DNA of 64,000 bases from Planctomycetota bacterium. Its GTDB lineage: Bacteria > Planctomycetota > SZUA-567 > H5-PLA8. The translations under genes and the position numbers were made by a program. This document shows, one piece after another, positions 19,468-28,260 of the stretch. The stretch lies in NCBI GenBank assembly GCA_038227875.1, contig JBBRPR010000009.1, positions 143,331 to 207,330 of the forward strand, read 5' to 3'. Within the stretch, counting starts at the first letter, position 1; each line of letters begins with the position of its first letter. The notes beneath the pieces were generated by a model, which did not search any database, was not told the DNA's origin, and saw only the letters and a list, made by a program, of their open reading frames with translations.

Positions 19468-19773
19468 TCAGATGTTGCGGTACACAATCGCGACGCGGGC
19501 CACGAAAGAGCAGGCGCAGAGGCTGGTGCAACGCGCATGGTTGTAGGTCACCGATTTTCGGTCGCGCAGCATCGATTCCACTACGGATTCCAACTGCAAT
19601 TTCGCTTCGCGGCAACCGCCGCAGGTCAGGCGTGTCGGGGCCAGCAGGAGCGCATCGTTGTAGTGGCTGTGAAATTGAATCGTGTTGGTTGGCCACGATT
19701 TAACCGTGACGTGAATCGTGTCGATGTCGGGATCCAGTTGAAATACATTGCCTACATTTACGGATCGAATCAT
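19468..19773 (-). CDS. Hypothetical 101-aa protein, possible zinc binder
   Basis: GGAGGA RBS before ATG; CGGC...CTSLCAC; this is the 3' part of the longer track ORF 19468..20664. Confidence 0.45.
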   Translation of the reverse strand: MIRSVNVGNVFQLDPDIDTIHVTVKSWPTNTIQFHSHYNDALLLAPTRLTCGGCREAKLQLESVVESMLRDRKSVTYNHARCTSLCACSFVARVAIVYRNI

Positions 19774-20064
19774 GCGTCGTCCTCCGCAGTAATCAGTGTC
19801 ATTAAGTATTCCCGGGAGAGCGAATGTGACGCCAAACAGCCCGTCGAAAATCACCACTCTTCCAAAGATTTCGTGAAACGCATGCTGTAGAGGCTTTCTG
19901 TTGTGTCGGCAATGAGACGTTGAAATAGCACGTTTCCGGGCGCGAAAATTCATAAAGAGTATGTGATGATTATTGGGCGGTCTGGTGTCTTTCGAACCTT
20001 GTGAAAGCACGCGATCTGATACATCATCGCCTGTGTACCATCTTTTGCCACGGGGACTGTCTCG

Positions 20065-20820
20065 ATGAATCTGGTGGAACTCGGCGGCCGCATCAAGCAG
20101 TTGCGCGAACGCCGCGCGCTCAAGCAATTGGATATCGCCAACGCGCTGCAGATCAGCGCGCAGGCCGTCTCCAAATGGGAACGCGGTGAAAATGCGCCGG
20201 ATATAGCGGTGCTGCTGGAATTGTCGCTGCTGCTGGGCGTCACCACCGACACACTGCTGGGTCGCGCCGAAAAATCCAACGACACGTTTGAAGCCACCGT
20301 CTTCTGCACCGGCATCAATCACTTCGCCGATCGCAGCACGCAGATGCCGCCGCGCGACGTGGCGCTCTGGGCCAACGGCATTTTCCATCTCGTCACTGAG
20401 TCGGTCGTGCGCCACGACGGCGTGCCGGTGAAGTACGTCGGCGATGGCTTTCTCGGGTTCTTCTCCGGTCCGAACCACGCCCGCCGCGCCCTCGACGCGG
20501 CGCTTGATGCCAAGAACCATGTCCACAGTCCCGACCTGGTGATCATGCTCAACAGCGGCGACATTTATCTCGGTTCGATCGGCCATTCCGAATACGCGCG
20601 GCCGGACATCATCGGCGACACGGTCAACACGTCGTTTCTGGTGATGTCCTGGGTCGCCAAGCATCTGCCCGAACGCGTCGGCCTGACGGAGTCGGTGGTG
20701 AGCCGGCTGGGCGAAACGGAAGCGTGGACCGACCCGACCCGCGTGCGCGTCCCTATTCTCAATAAGTATGTAAAAGTGTATACTCCCAAACGTCTATCTG
20801 TTCGGGGCGCCAAAAAGTAG
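20065..20820 (+). CDS. XRE-family HTH fused to class III adenylate/guanylate cyclase-like domain
   Basis: ISAQAVSKWERGENAPD HTH; VKYVGDGFLGFF and IIGDTVN cyclase motifs. Confidence 0.85.
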   Translation: MNLVELGGRIKQLRERRALKQLDIANALQISAQAVSKWERGENAPDIAVLLELSLLLGVTTDTLLGRAEKSNDTFEATVFCTGINHFADRSTQMPPRDVALWANGIFHLVTESVVRHDGVPVKYVGDGFLGFFSGPNHARRALDAALDAKNHVHSPDLVIMLNSGDIYLGSIGHSEYARPDIIGDTVNTSFLVMSWVAKHLPERVGLTESVVSRLGETEAWTDPTRVRVPILNKYVKVYTPKRLSVRGAKK

Positions 20821-20860
20821 GCAGCAGGCGGCCTCCGCGCTGCTCTAAGGTTCCAGACAC

Positions 20861-21490
20861 ATGGCAGGTCGCCGCACGGACTCTACCGATTTGGAACCGC
20901 GACCCGGGCCGGTCCCCACGGCCCCTGTGGCGGCTCCGCCAACCGGCGTGCGCGAACACGCCGCCGCGGACGGCCGTTGCATCGCGGCGGTGCTCGGCGG
21001 TAATCGCGAGAAATTCGGCGAGCTGATCGAACGCTATCAGCACTTGGTTGTCACGGTTGTGCGCGGCTACGTTCAAGACGCCCATGCCGCCGAGGATGTC
21101 GCGCAGGATATTTTTGTCAGCGCGTTTACGTCGCTCCACCAGCTTCGCGAACCCACGAATTTTCTGCCGTGGCTGCTCCAGATCGCCCGGCACCGCGCCG
21201 CGTTGACGGGCAAGCGCCGCGACGAAGCTCCCGTCCGCCCCGCCTCGGAACAGCTGGACGTGGCCGCCCCGGAACCCGAACTCGAAGCCGGCCTACGCCT
21301 GCAAACGGTCTTCGCCGCGGTGGAACAGCTGCCCGAACCGTACCGCGAGACCGTGCTGCTAAAGTACCAGCAGAACTTGAGTTGCAAAGAAATCGCGGAG
21401 CGTGACGGCGTTGCCGTGGGCACCATCACCAGCCGTCTCACCCGTGCACTGTTGATTTTGCGCGGCGCGCTCGGGAGTGATTCAGAGTAG
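20861..21490 (+). CDS. ECF sigma-70 factor
   Basis: AEDVAQDIF, FLPWLLQIAR, LPEPYRE, GTITSRLTRA. Confidence 0.92.
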   Translation: MAGRRTDSTDLEPRPGPVPTAPVAAPPTGVREHAAADGRCIAAVLGGNREKFGELIERYQHLVVTVVRGYVQDAHAAEDVAQDIFVSAFTSLHQLREPTNFLPWLLQIARHRAALTGKRRDEAPVRPASEQLDVAAPEPELEAGLRLQTVFAAVEQLPEPYRETVLLKYQQNLSCKEIAERDGVAVGTITSRLTRALLILRGALGSDSE

Positions 21491-21571
21491 TTGGGAGAAT
21501 TTAGGACGAATCGTAATTTCGTGCAGCAAAGCACTTTCTTGAGCCTCTTGGAATGCTGAGGGACAGGTGCG

Positions 21572-22750
21572 ATGGTGGACCACACAGAATTGCTGAAACA
21601 ACTCGATGCGCTGCCCGCGGCATGCCAACATGCGCTTGACGCTCAGACGTTGCGCCTGGTGGGCGAACCTCTCAGCATGACCGCATTCGCGGAGGTGAAC
21701 GCGCATCTGGAATCCTGCGCCGGTTGCCGGGCGCGGATCGCCCAGATGGCGACAGCCGTCCGCGCCGTTCACGCCGCCTTCCCAACTGCGCGCGCCACGC
21801 CTGATTTTGCCGCCCGTACACTCGCCGCGTTGCCGGCCGCTCAAGCTCCGCAGTTGCGCGTCTACGCGACGGCGCAAAATCCGAGCGCCTGGAAATGGGT
21901 GCGCGTCGCCGCGTTGGTGGCGTTGATCGCCGGCGGAATTCTGACGATCGCCAGCATCGCAGCCTCCAAGCCCGTGCTCGCCGTCTCCATTCAAAAGGGA
22001 AAGCTCGTCGACGACAAAGGCGCGGCCATCACCAGCATTCGTGCTGACCGCGTCCTTCACGCGCAGGAAGACACGCTCCTTCGCGGCAAGCACGACGAAC
22101 TGCTCAACCTGCGCAAAGGCGCGCGCTTCAAGCTTCAGAACAACGCCGCCTCCACGCCGGAAGTTCATCTGGAAGACGGAGACCTCTACGCCTCTGCCAC
22201 GCTCTCCAATCCCGTGCGCATGGGCTGCGCGAACTTCGACGCCGAACTGAGCAACGGCGAGTGCTACCTTGCGCAGGAAACCAGCGCGATTCCCCAGAGC
22301 GTCATGATTCTCTTCGACGGCAACGCCAGCATCCATCCTAATCAGCGCGAACCCCGCGACCCGATTGGACTGCGCGGCGGCCAGATCTACTACAGCGTTG
22401 GTCTCGCTGAAGATGCCTACACCGACACGCTCGAACTTGTCGACTACACCGAAGGCCGCATCCCCGAAGCCGCCAAGGTTGACCCCAGCGACATGCGCCG
22501 CCGCTACGAACGCCAGGTGGAAGGCTACCGCGCCGAATTGTCCGCGCTCAACGCGCGCATCGCCCAACTCCCGGCCGCCGACCCGGCTGTCACTGATCTG
22601 CGCGACCGCTGCGTGCGCATCCAGAATTACCTGCGCGCGCACGAAACCCGTTTGCAGACTCTGCCCAAAGGAAATCATCCCGTCACGCTGCCGCTGGACT
22701 GCATCGAACGCGGACTAAAGGAACATCACGATCCGAAGACCTGGATGTAA
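21572..22750 (+). CDS. Zinc-binding anti-sigma factor with TM helix and FecR-like periplasmic domain
   Basis: HLESCAGC (HxxxCxxC), TM helix, beta-rich region; directly after ECF sigma. Confidence 0.8.
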   Translation: MVDHTELLKQLDALPAACQHALDAQTLRLVGEPLSMTAFAEVNAHLESCAGCRARIAQMATAVRAVHAAFPTARATPDFAARTLAALPAAQAPQLRVYATAQNPSAWKWVRVAALVALIAGGILTIASIAASKPVLAVSIQKGKLVDDKGAAITSIRADRVLHAQEDTLLRGKHDELLNLRKGARFKLQNNAASTPEVHLEDGDLYASATLSNPVRMGCANFDAELSNGECYLAQETSAIPQSVMILFDGNASIHPNQREPRDPIGLRGGQIYYSVGLAEDAYTDTLELVDYTEGRIPEAAKVDPSDMRRRYERQVEGYRAELSALNARIAQLPAADPAVTDLRDRCVRIQNYLRAHETRLQTLPKGNHPVTLPLDCIERGLKEHHDPKTWM

Positions 22751-22777
22751 TCGCACCATTCAACAGGAGCATTGCAC

Positions 22778-23812
22778 ATGGACATGAAGAAAGTGGTCGC
22801 AGCCGGAGTCGGCATGCTGGCCTTGAATTTCAGCACCGTCACGCTGCGCGCGGAAGACGCCGCGCCTCCGCCTCCAGAACCGAAACCGGCCGCGGATGCG
22901 CCGCCCGCTCCCCCGCCGGCTCCCAATCCGGACGGTCAGCGCAAGCGCCGGCACGGTGGCGACAACAACAACGCGCCTGGCGGAGCCGGCAACCGCGCCG
23001 ACGCGAATCCCAACGGCCCTGCAGGTCCCGGTGGCCCCGGTGGACCGGGTGGACCGGGTGGCCCCGCCGGCATGTTTCAGATGCTCCTGAACGGCGGCGG
23101 TGGTGGCGGCAAAAACATGATGTACGACATGGCCAGTCGCATCGCCGGCACAACCTTCGAAGACCCGAAGGCGCTGGCAAAAGTCGACAACCTGCCCCTC
23201 GGCGCGGATCGTCATTTCGTGCTGATGGTTCCCGTCGGCGGCGTCGACAATCTCGGCGCCCCGGGCAGCGGTTTCAAGATGGAAGCCGTCTTCGGCCTGA
23301 CCGATGAACAGACCAAGGCCGTCACCGCGCTCCGCGACGAATACGCGCAGAAGCAGAAGGAACTCGAAGCCAAAATCGCCACGCAGCAGAAGGCGCTGGC
23401 CGACGAAGCCATCGCCCTGCGCGCCAGCTTCGAAAAGCGCGCCAACGATGTCCTCACCGGCGCCGACAAGGACGCCAAGGAGAAAGTCGACACGCTGGCC
23501 TCCGACGCCGAAAAGAAAGACGCCGCCGCGGCCTCAGATGCGCTGACCAAGCTCGACGATAAGAATAACGACCCGCGCCAGTTGATGGGTGTCGCACGCA
23601 ACGTTAAGGATCAGACCGACAAGACCATCGCCGAAGCCCGCAAAGCGATGCTCGACGCCCTGCCTACCGACGCCCGCGCCAAGGCCGAAGAGCTCTTCAA
23701 GCAGCAGGACGCGCAGAAGCAGCAGTGGAATCCCGAGAACTGGCGCCGCCGCGGCGGCAACCGCCCGGGCGATACGCCGCAAGCTCCGCCGAAAGAGAAC
23801 AAGGATTTTTGA
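22778..23812 (+). CDS. Secreted Pro/Gly-rich, helical protein (Spy/CpxP-like LTxxQ motif)
   Basis: Signal peptide ending LRA-ED, GPG repeats, GLTDEQ, ends PPKENKDF. Confidence 0.65.
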   Translation: MDMKKVVAAGVGMLALNFSTVTLRAEDAAPPPPEPKPAADAPPAPPPAPNPDGQRKRRHGGDNNNAPGGAGNRADANPNGPAGPGGPGGPGGPGGPAGMFQMLLNGGGGGGKNMMYDMASRIAGTTFEDPKALAKVDNLPLGADRHFVLMVPVGGVDNLGAPGSGFKMEAVFGLTDEQTKAVTALRDEYAQKQKELEAKIATQQKALADEAIALRASFEKRANDVLTGADKDAKEKVDTLASDAEKKDAAAASDALTKLDDKNNDPRQLMGVARNVKDQTDKTIAEARKAMLDALPTDARAKAEELFKQQDAQKQQWNPENWRRRGGNRPGDTPQAPPKENKDF

Positions 23813-23813
23813 G

Positions 23814-24000
23814 AACAGATGGCATCGGGGATCGGGCACCCGGCATCGGTCAAAGGGTGTGGTTGAAGTCAGAATCACGCGACCCGCGAAGAGAATCGTT
23901 TAACTAAAGAAAATCGCCCCCGATCATGTCGGGGGCGATTCATTTCAAAAGGTATTCGAACTGACCGATGCCTGATGCCCGATCCCCGGTGCCGTCTGTT
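23814..24000. repeat. 39-bp inverted repeat pair built from heptamers, enclosing a terminator-like hairpin
   Basis: 23814-23852 vs 23962-24000 (4 mismatches); central AATCGCCCCCGA-tcatg-TCGGGGGCGATT at 23912-23940. Confidence 0.85.
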
Positions 24001-24010
24001 TGGCCGTTCA

Positions 24011-25114
24011 TCAGTTGCCCAGATACGGCGCGACTCCCAAGTTCCGATACAAATACAACCCGTCCTTGCCAGGCGCGACAATGTCCAGCTTGCCGTCTTT
24101 GTCGATGTCGACGACTTGGAAGAAAATCCCGCAGCCCTTGCCTGAACGGATCGGCCCGAAGTCGATCGGCATCTTTACGAAGTTCTCGCCGGTCCATTTG
24201 AAATAGTAGATGCCCGGTGGATCGTATTCGCCCGGATCGCGGCCGCAGTGCGCGCGGTAGCGCTTGCCGGTGATCAGCTCGTTCTGCCCGTCGCCGTCAA
24301 TGTCCGCCCAGATCAGGTCGTGATACTGGCTGTTGAACGGATCGATCGGATGCTTGATCCACGTCCGCTTTCCGCCCTCAATCTTCTGCTCGTACCAGTC
24401 CAGACCGTAACCGTGCGCCTGGCCGACGATCATGTCGTTGAGCCCATCCTTGTTCACGTCGACGACCAGCACCGGGCAGCTGGCGCAGCCCAGCTCGAAC
24501 TCCGGGTGGAACGTCCACTTCTCGCCGCCGAGCGGATTCTTGGGCGCTTTGAGAAATCCGTTGTGCAGGATGATCTCGCCGCGGCCGTCGTTATCGATGT
24601 CGCCGAACCCAAAGCCATGCCCCGTGGGCTTGTCGTGGATCGTGACGGTCTTGAATTTCCCCGTGCCGCGTCCGTTATCCGTGATCAGCTTCAAGACCTG
24701 CTGCGGACCGCCGGGCGTGTTTGGCACGATTTCCAGTTCGCCGTCGCCGTCGACGTCCCACGCGCGCGTCGTCTCGACGTTCCCGACCTCCGCGATGACA
24801 TGCTCCGCCCACGGTTTCGTCGGATCGCCCTTCGGATTCTCAACCCAGCGCACCGTATTGCCCCACCAGCCACCGGTGATGAAATCCAGGTAGCCGTCGC
24901 CGTTGACGTCCATCGCGATCGTCGAGAAGTCGTCGAAGTACTCGCCCTCCGCCTTCACGTCGTTAATCTTGAATTTCTGCGTGAAGTCCGGCCCCTTGTA
25001 CCAGTACGCGCCGCAGACAATGTCGAGCACCCCGTCGTTGTCGACATCGAACACGCCCGCCGACTCGTACCGTTCATCCGAAATGAAAATCTTCTCAAAC
25101 CGAATCGGTCCCAT
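24011..25114 (-). CDS. FG-GAP/VCBS repeat beta-propeller protein, no signal peptide
   Basis: Seven DxDxDG Ca-binding motifs. Confidence 0.85.
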   Translation of the reverse strand: MGPIRFEKIFISDERYESAGVFDVDNDGVLDIVCGAYWYKGPDFTQKFKINDVKAEGEYFDDFSTIAMDVNGDGYLDFITGGWWGNTVRWVENPKGDPTKPWAEHVIAEVGNVETTRAWDVDGDGELEIVPNTPGGPQQVLKLITDNGRGTGKFKTVTIHDKPTGHGFGFGDIDNDGRGEIILHNGFLKAPKNPLGGEKWTFHPEFELGCASCPVLVVDVNKDGLNDMIVGQAHGYGLDWYEQKIEGGKRTWIKHPIDPFNSQYHDLIWADIDGDGQNELITGKRYRAHCGRDPGEYDPPGIYYFKWTGENFVKMPIDFGPIRSGKGCGIFFQVVDIDKDGKLDIVAPGKDGLYLYRNLGVAPYLGN

Positions 25115-25135
25115 TGAACTCCCCTTTTTCAACAC

Positions 25136-25164
25136 AACTCAAAACTAAAAATTCAAAACTCAAA
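25136..25164 (-). repeat. Heptamer tandem repeat (TTTTGAG-like)x4 after epimerase stop
   Basis: aactcaa aactaaa aattcaa aactcaa a. Confidence 0.75.
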
Positions 25165-25180
25165 GCTGTCTTCGAACTGC

Positions 25181-26032
25181 CTATTTCAGCAGGCCGCGCA
25201 AAAACTTCACCCCGCCCGACGCCAGATCATCCTGCGTCTTCGCCAGCGGCCGCCAGATCGCCGCCGCTGCCGCGATCGCCTTGCATTCCGGCGTGAACGA
25301 TTCGATCACCGCGTCACCGCTGTAGTGGATTTCCTTCAGCCCCTTCGCGAGTCCCTTCCAGTCGATCAATCCGTTGCCCGGCGTCCCGCGGTTGCATTCG
25401 CAGGCGTGAACGTGAGCCAGCGACTTGCCCGCCAGCTTCACCGCTTCGTAAATGCTGTCTTCTTCAATGTTCATGTGGAAAGTATCGAGATGAATGCGCA
25501 CCGCGTCCTGGCCGATGTCCTTCACCAGCTGCACGACCTGCGCCGCCGTGTTGATCAGGTCCGTCTCGAAGCGGTTGAGCGGCTCGATGGCCAGCGTCAC
25601 GCCGTGATCGGCCGCGATCTTGCCCGCTTCCTTCAGGCCCTTCACCGCCAGATCCCACTCGATCTTTTTCTGCTCGGGCGACACCTGCCGGCGCTTGCCC
25701 ACGGCAGAATACATCGGCCCGCACATCACCTTCGCGCCCCAAGTCTGGCAGAGCTTCACCGCGTCGCGAATGTACGCGATGCTCTCCGCGCGGAATTTTG
25801 GATCTTCATGAGTCAAGTCGCGGCTGGGCCCAAACGCGCCGCAGACGATCGGCCGCAGCCCGCTTTCCTTGATCGCCGCTTTCACTTTCTCGGCGCTGAC
25901 GTTGGCCGGATCTTCCAGCGCAATCTCGAACGAATCGAAGCCCATCGCCTTCGCCTTCTGCAACAGGCCCAGTGACTCGTTGGTAAACGGCGAGGTCCAG
26001 ACCCACGAATTCACGCCAATTCCGATCGCCAT
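25181..26032 (-). CDS. Sugar epimerase, D-tagatose/D-psicose 3-epimerase family
   Basis: IEPLNRFET, HLDTFHMNIEE, HVH..E..RGTPG.G, IESF. Confidence 0.88.
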   Translation of the reverse strand: MAIGIGVNSWVWTSPFTNESLGLLQKAKAMGFDSFEIALEDPANVSAEKVKAAIKESGLRPIVCGAFGPSRDLTHEDPKFRAESIAYIRDAVKLCQTWGAKVMCGPMYSAVGKRRQVSPEQKKIEWDLAVKGLKEAGKIAADHGVTLAIEPLNRFETDLINTAAQVVQLVKDIGQDAVRIHLDTFHMNIEEDSIYEAVKLAGKSLAHVHACECNRGTPGNGLIDWKGLAKGLKEIHYSGDAVIESFTPECKAIAAAAAIWRPLAKTQDDLASGGVKFLRGLLK

Positions 26033-26197
26033 AGTCAACTCCTCAATAAAGTGTGGACTTACCCCGACTTTAGCAATGGTTGCCATTGCATTTCCGCGTG
26101 GCATCACTGTTCCACACCTATATACTGCTAAAGTAGGCTTAGCTGGAATGGACCCGCTTGGCGATTCATTGTCTGTTCTTGCTCTAAGTGATCAGGA

Positions 26198-26992
26198 ATG
26201 AAAGAAGGCTCTATGCACGTCGACGGAAACCCCGCAAATCCCGATGGCAACAACGTGCTCCTCCGTGGCTGCGGCGAGATCCGCCCGCAGATCGATTGGA
26301 AGCTTCCCGAGCACGTTCATGACGACTTCAACGAGATGATCTTCGTCGTCCAGGGTCAGATCGAAACGTGTATCAACGGCGAAGTCCTCGTCGGCCAGCG
26401 CGGCGACGTCCTCTGGTACCCCGCCGGAATTCCGCACGCCGAACGCGCCGTCGGCGGCAAGCCGCTCCACACGATCTTCACGTCCTTCATCGAGACCACT
26501 CCGACGGCCGTGACCTTCCCGCTGACGACGTTCGACCGCGACGGCCGCATCGAACAGCAACTGCGTTGGATGTTCGACGTCTTCCCGACCAACAACGCCG
26601 AAGGCCGCAAAATTCTCAACCTGCTGATGTACACCGCCGCCTACGAGTACCGCCGCCTCGCCGCGACGCCGCAGCAGAGCGAAATGGTGCTGCGCATCAA
26701 GCGCTACATCCGCAAACGCATCAGCGATCCGATCACGCTCGACGACCTGGCCAACGAAGCCGGTCTGAGCCGCTTCTACTTCGCGCGCGCGTTTCGCACG
26801 GAATCCGGCATGTCCCCCATGAGCTTCCTGCGCCGACTCCGCGTCGAAGCCGCGCAGACGTTGATCCTGCGCACCCCGATGCCCCTGAAGTCGATCGCCG
26901 CCCAAGTCGGATTCGCCGACGAATTCCACTTCTCCAGAGTCTTCCACCAAATCACCGGCCAGTCCCCCGGCGCGTTCCGCAAGCGAGCGTAG
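26198..26992 (+). CDS. AraC-family regulator (cupin + HTH)
   Basis: HVHDDFNE cupin; LSRFYFARAF; IAAQVGFADEFHFSRVF. Confidence 0.92.
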   Translation: MKEGSMHVDGNPANPDGNNVLLRGCGEIRPQIDWKLPEHVHDDFNEMIFVVQGQIETCINGEVLVGQRGDVLWYPAGIPHAERAVGGKPLHTIFTSFIETTPTAVTFPLTTFDRDGRIEQQLRWMFDVFPTNNAEGRKILNLLMYTAAYEYRRLAATPQQSEMVLRIKRYIRKRISDPITLDDLANEAGLSRFYFARAFRTESGMSPMSFLRRLRVEAAQTLILRTPMPLKSIAAQVGFADEFHFSRVFHQITGQSPGAFRKRA

Positions 26993-27031
26993 TCAGCGTT
27001 TGCATTTTAGACCGAAGTGATTGTCAGAGCG

Positions 27032-28123
27032 CTACCCCGTCCCCTTCCGCGGCCGCGCCACCGAATCCCCTTCCTGCCGCTCAGCGCGAACGTACACCCG
27101 TTCGATACGTACCGGCTTACGGTTAATCAGTTCCACAGCTGTGTAGCCGATGTGCGTCAGATCGATTCGCGGGCCGGACCAGTTCCGAGACAGTGAATGG
27201 GAATTGGTAGCGAAGGTTTCGATGCTGAGGTCGCGCGGTATTCGCAGCCCCGCGTTGTGTGCGGCACGTGCGAGTTGCTCGGCGTGGGTCGAACTGGACG
27301 TGACCACCGCGGTGAAGGGAGGCTCGGCGGACAGGATCTGCATCGGCGTAGGGCTGGTGTCGTCGAAGTTCGCGCTGAAAATCGTGTAGTCGCGCGGCGG
27401 AATTCTGAACTGCTTGCACGCTGCGAGAAATCCGGTCTGGCGCTCTTTACTGTCGGGATCGATGTCCCGCAACCGGCCGACCAGCGAACGCACGAACGCC
27501 AGGCGCCGATGTCCCAGCGCAATCAGGTGCGCGGTGGAATCGAATGCCGTTTGATAATTGTCCACGGTGACGGAGTGAATTTTGAAACCCATCGGCGTTT
27601 GATCCAGCAACACGACGGGGATCGGCAGCGATTCCAGATGCTTTAACAACTGCGGCGGAGCGCCGCAGGGAAGCAGGATGCCGCGCAGGCGCAGTAACTC
27701 CAGACCTTCAGGATTCATGTACTCTTGCGCGTCCAGGTATTGAATCGCCACGACGCGAGCATGAGCGTTGAACGCCGCCCGCGCCACGCCCGTCCAGATA
27801 TCCCGGGTGAAATCGGCGAGAGCGTACCAGTTGACGATCATACCGATCGCGTTTTCGGTGGGAGAATTCGCGCCGGACTTGACCAGCGCGACCGACGGGC
27901 GTCCGGCCTGCACCCGGACCAGGCCCTTCTTGCCCAGTTGCCGCACAGCCAGGCGGATCGTCGCCACGCCCACGGCGTACGATTTCGCAAAGCTTCGGTA
28001 CGAGGGAATCGGTTCGCCCGCCGGCCATTCGCCCAAGATCAAGCGGCGCGAAATGTCCGCGGCAATTGTGCGGTGACGGGCGTTGGCGCCGGGGGGACGT
28101 CCGCGCCTTCGGGCAGTTTTCAT
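27032..28123 (-). CDS. GntR-HTH / LacI-type sensor-domain regulator
   Basis: GEPIPSYRSFA..Y.VGVATIR; VDNY, LGHRRLAF, RIPRDLSI. Confidence 0.85.
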   Translation of the reverse strand: MKTARRRGRPPGANARHRTIAADISRRLILGEWPAGEPIPSYRSFAKSYAVGVATIRLAVRQLGKKGLVRVQAGRPSVALVKSGANSPTENAIGMIVNWYALADFTRDIWTGVARAAFNAHARVVAIQYLDAQEYMNPEGLELLRLRGILLPCGAPPQLLKHLESLPIPVVLLDQTPMGFKIHSVTVDNYQTAFDSTAHLIALGHRRLAFVRSLVGRLRDIDPDSKERQTGFLAACKQFRIPPRDYTIFSANFDDTSPTPMQILSAEPPFTAVVTSSSTHAEQLARAAHNAGLRIPRDLSIETFATNSHSLSRNWSGPRIDLTHIGYTAVELINRKPVRIERVYVRAERQEGDSVARPRKGTG

Positions 28124-28260
28124 CGAAAAATCTCTCCATGAATTAAGGTATCAGGAATAGCACAGTTTGCAATTATTGTGCGTCTCCCGTCAGTGCCCTG
28201 TGTTACAGCGGCGCATCGGGTGTAGTTTCCCTGTCAACGCCCCTCAGGGAGGATCGCAAC

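Noticed and set aside
19468..20664. 398-aa minus-strand ORF as one gene
   Set aside because: The 5' part is antisense to the HTH-cyclase gene; only the last 101 codons have an RBS-supported start.
20065..20820. Pycsar-type cyclase defence system
   Set aside because: Catalytic residues are degenerate and there is no adjacent cNMP-binding effector.
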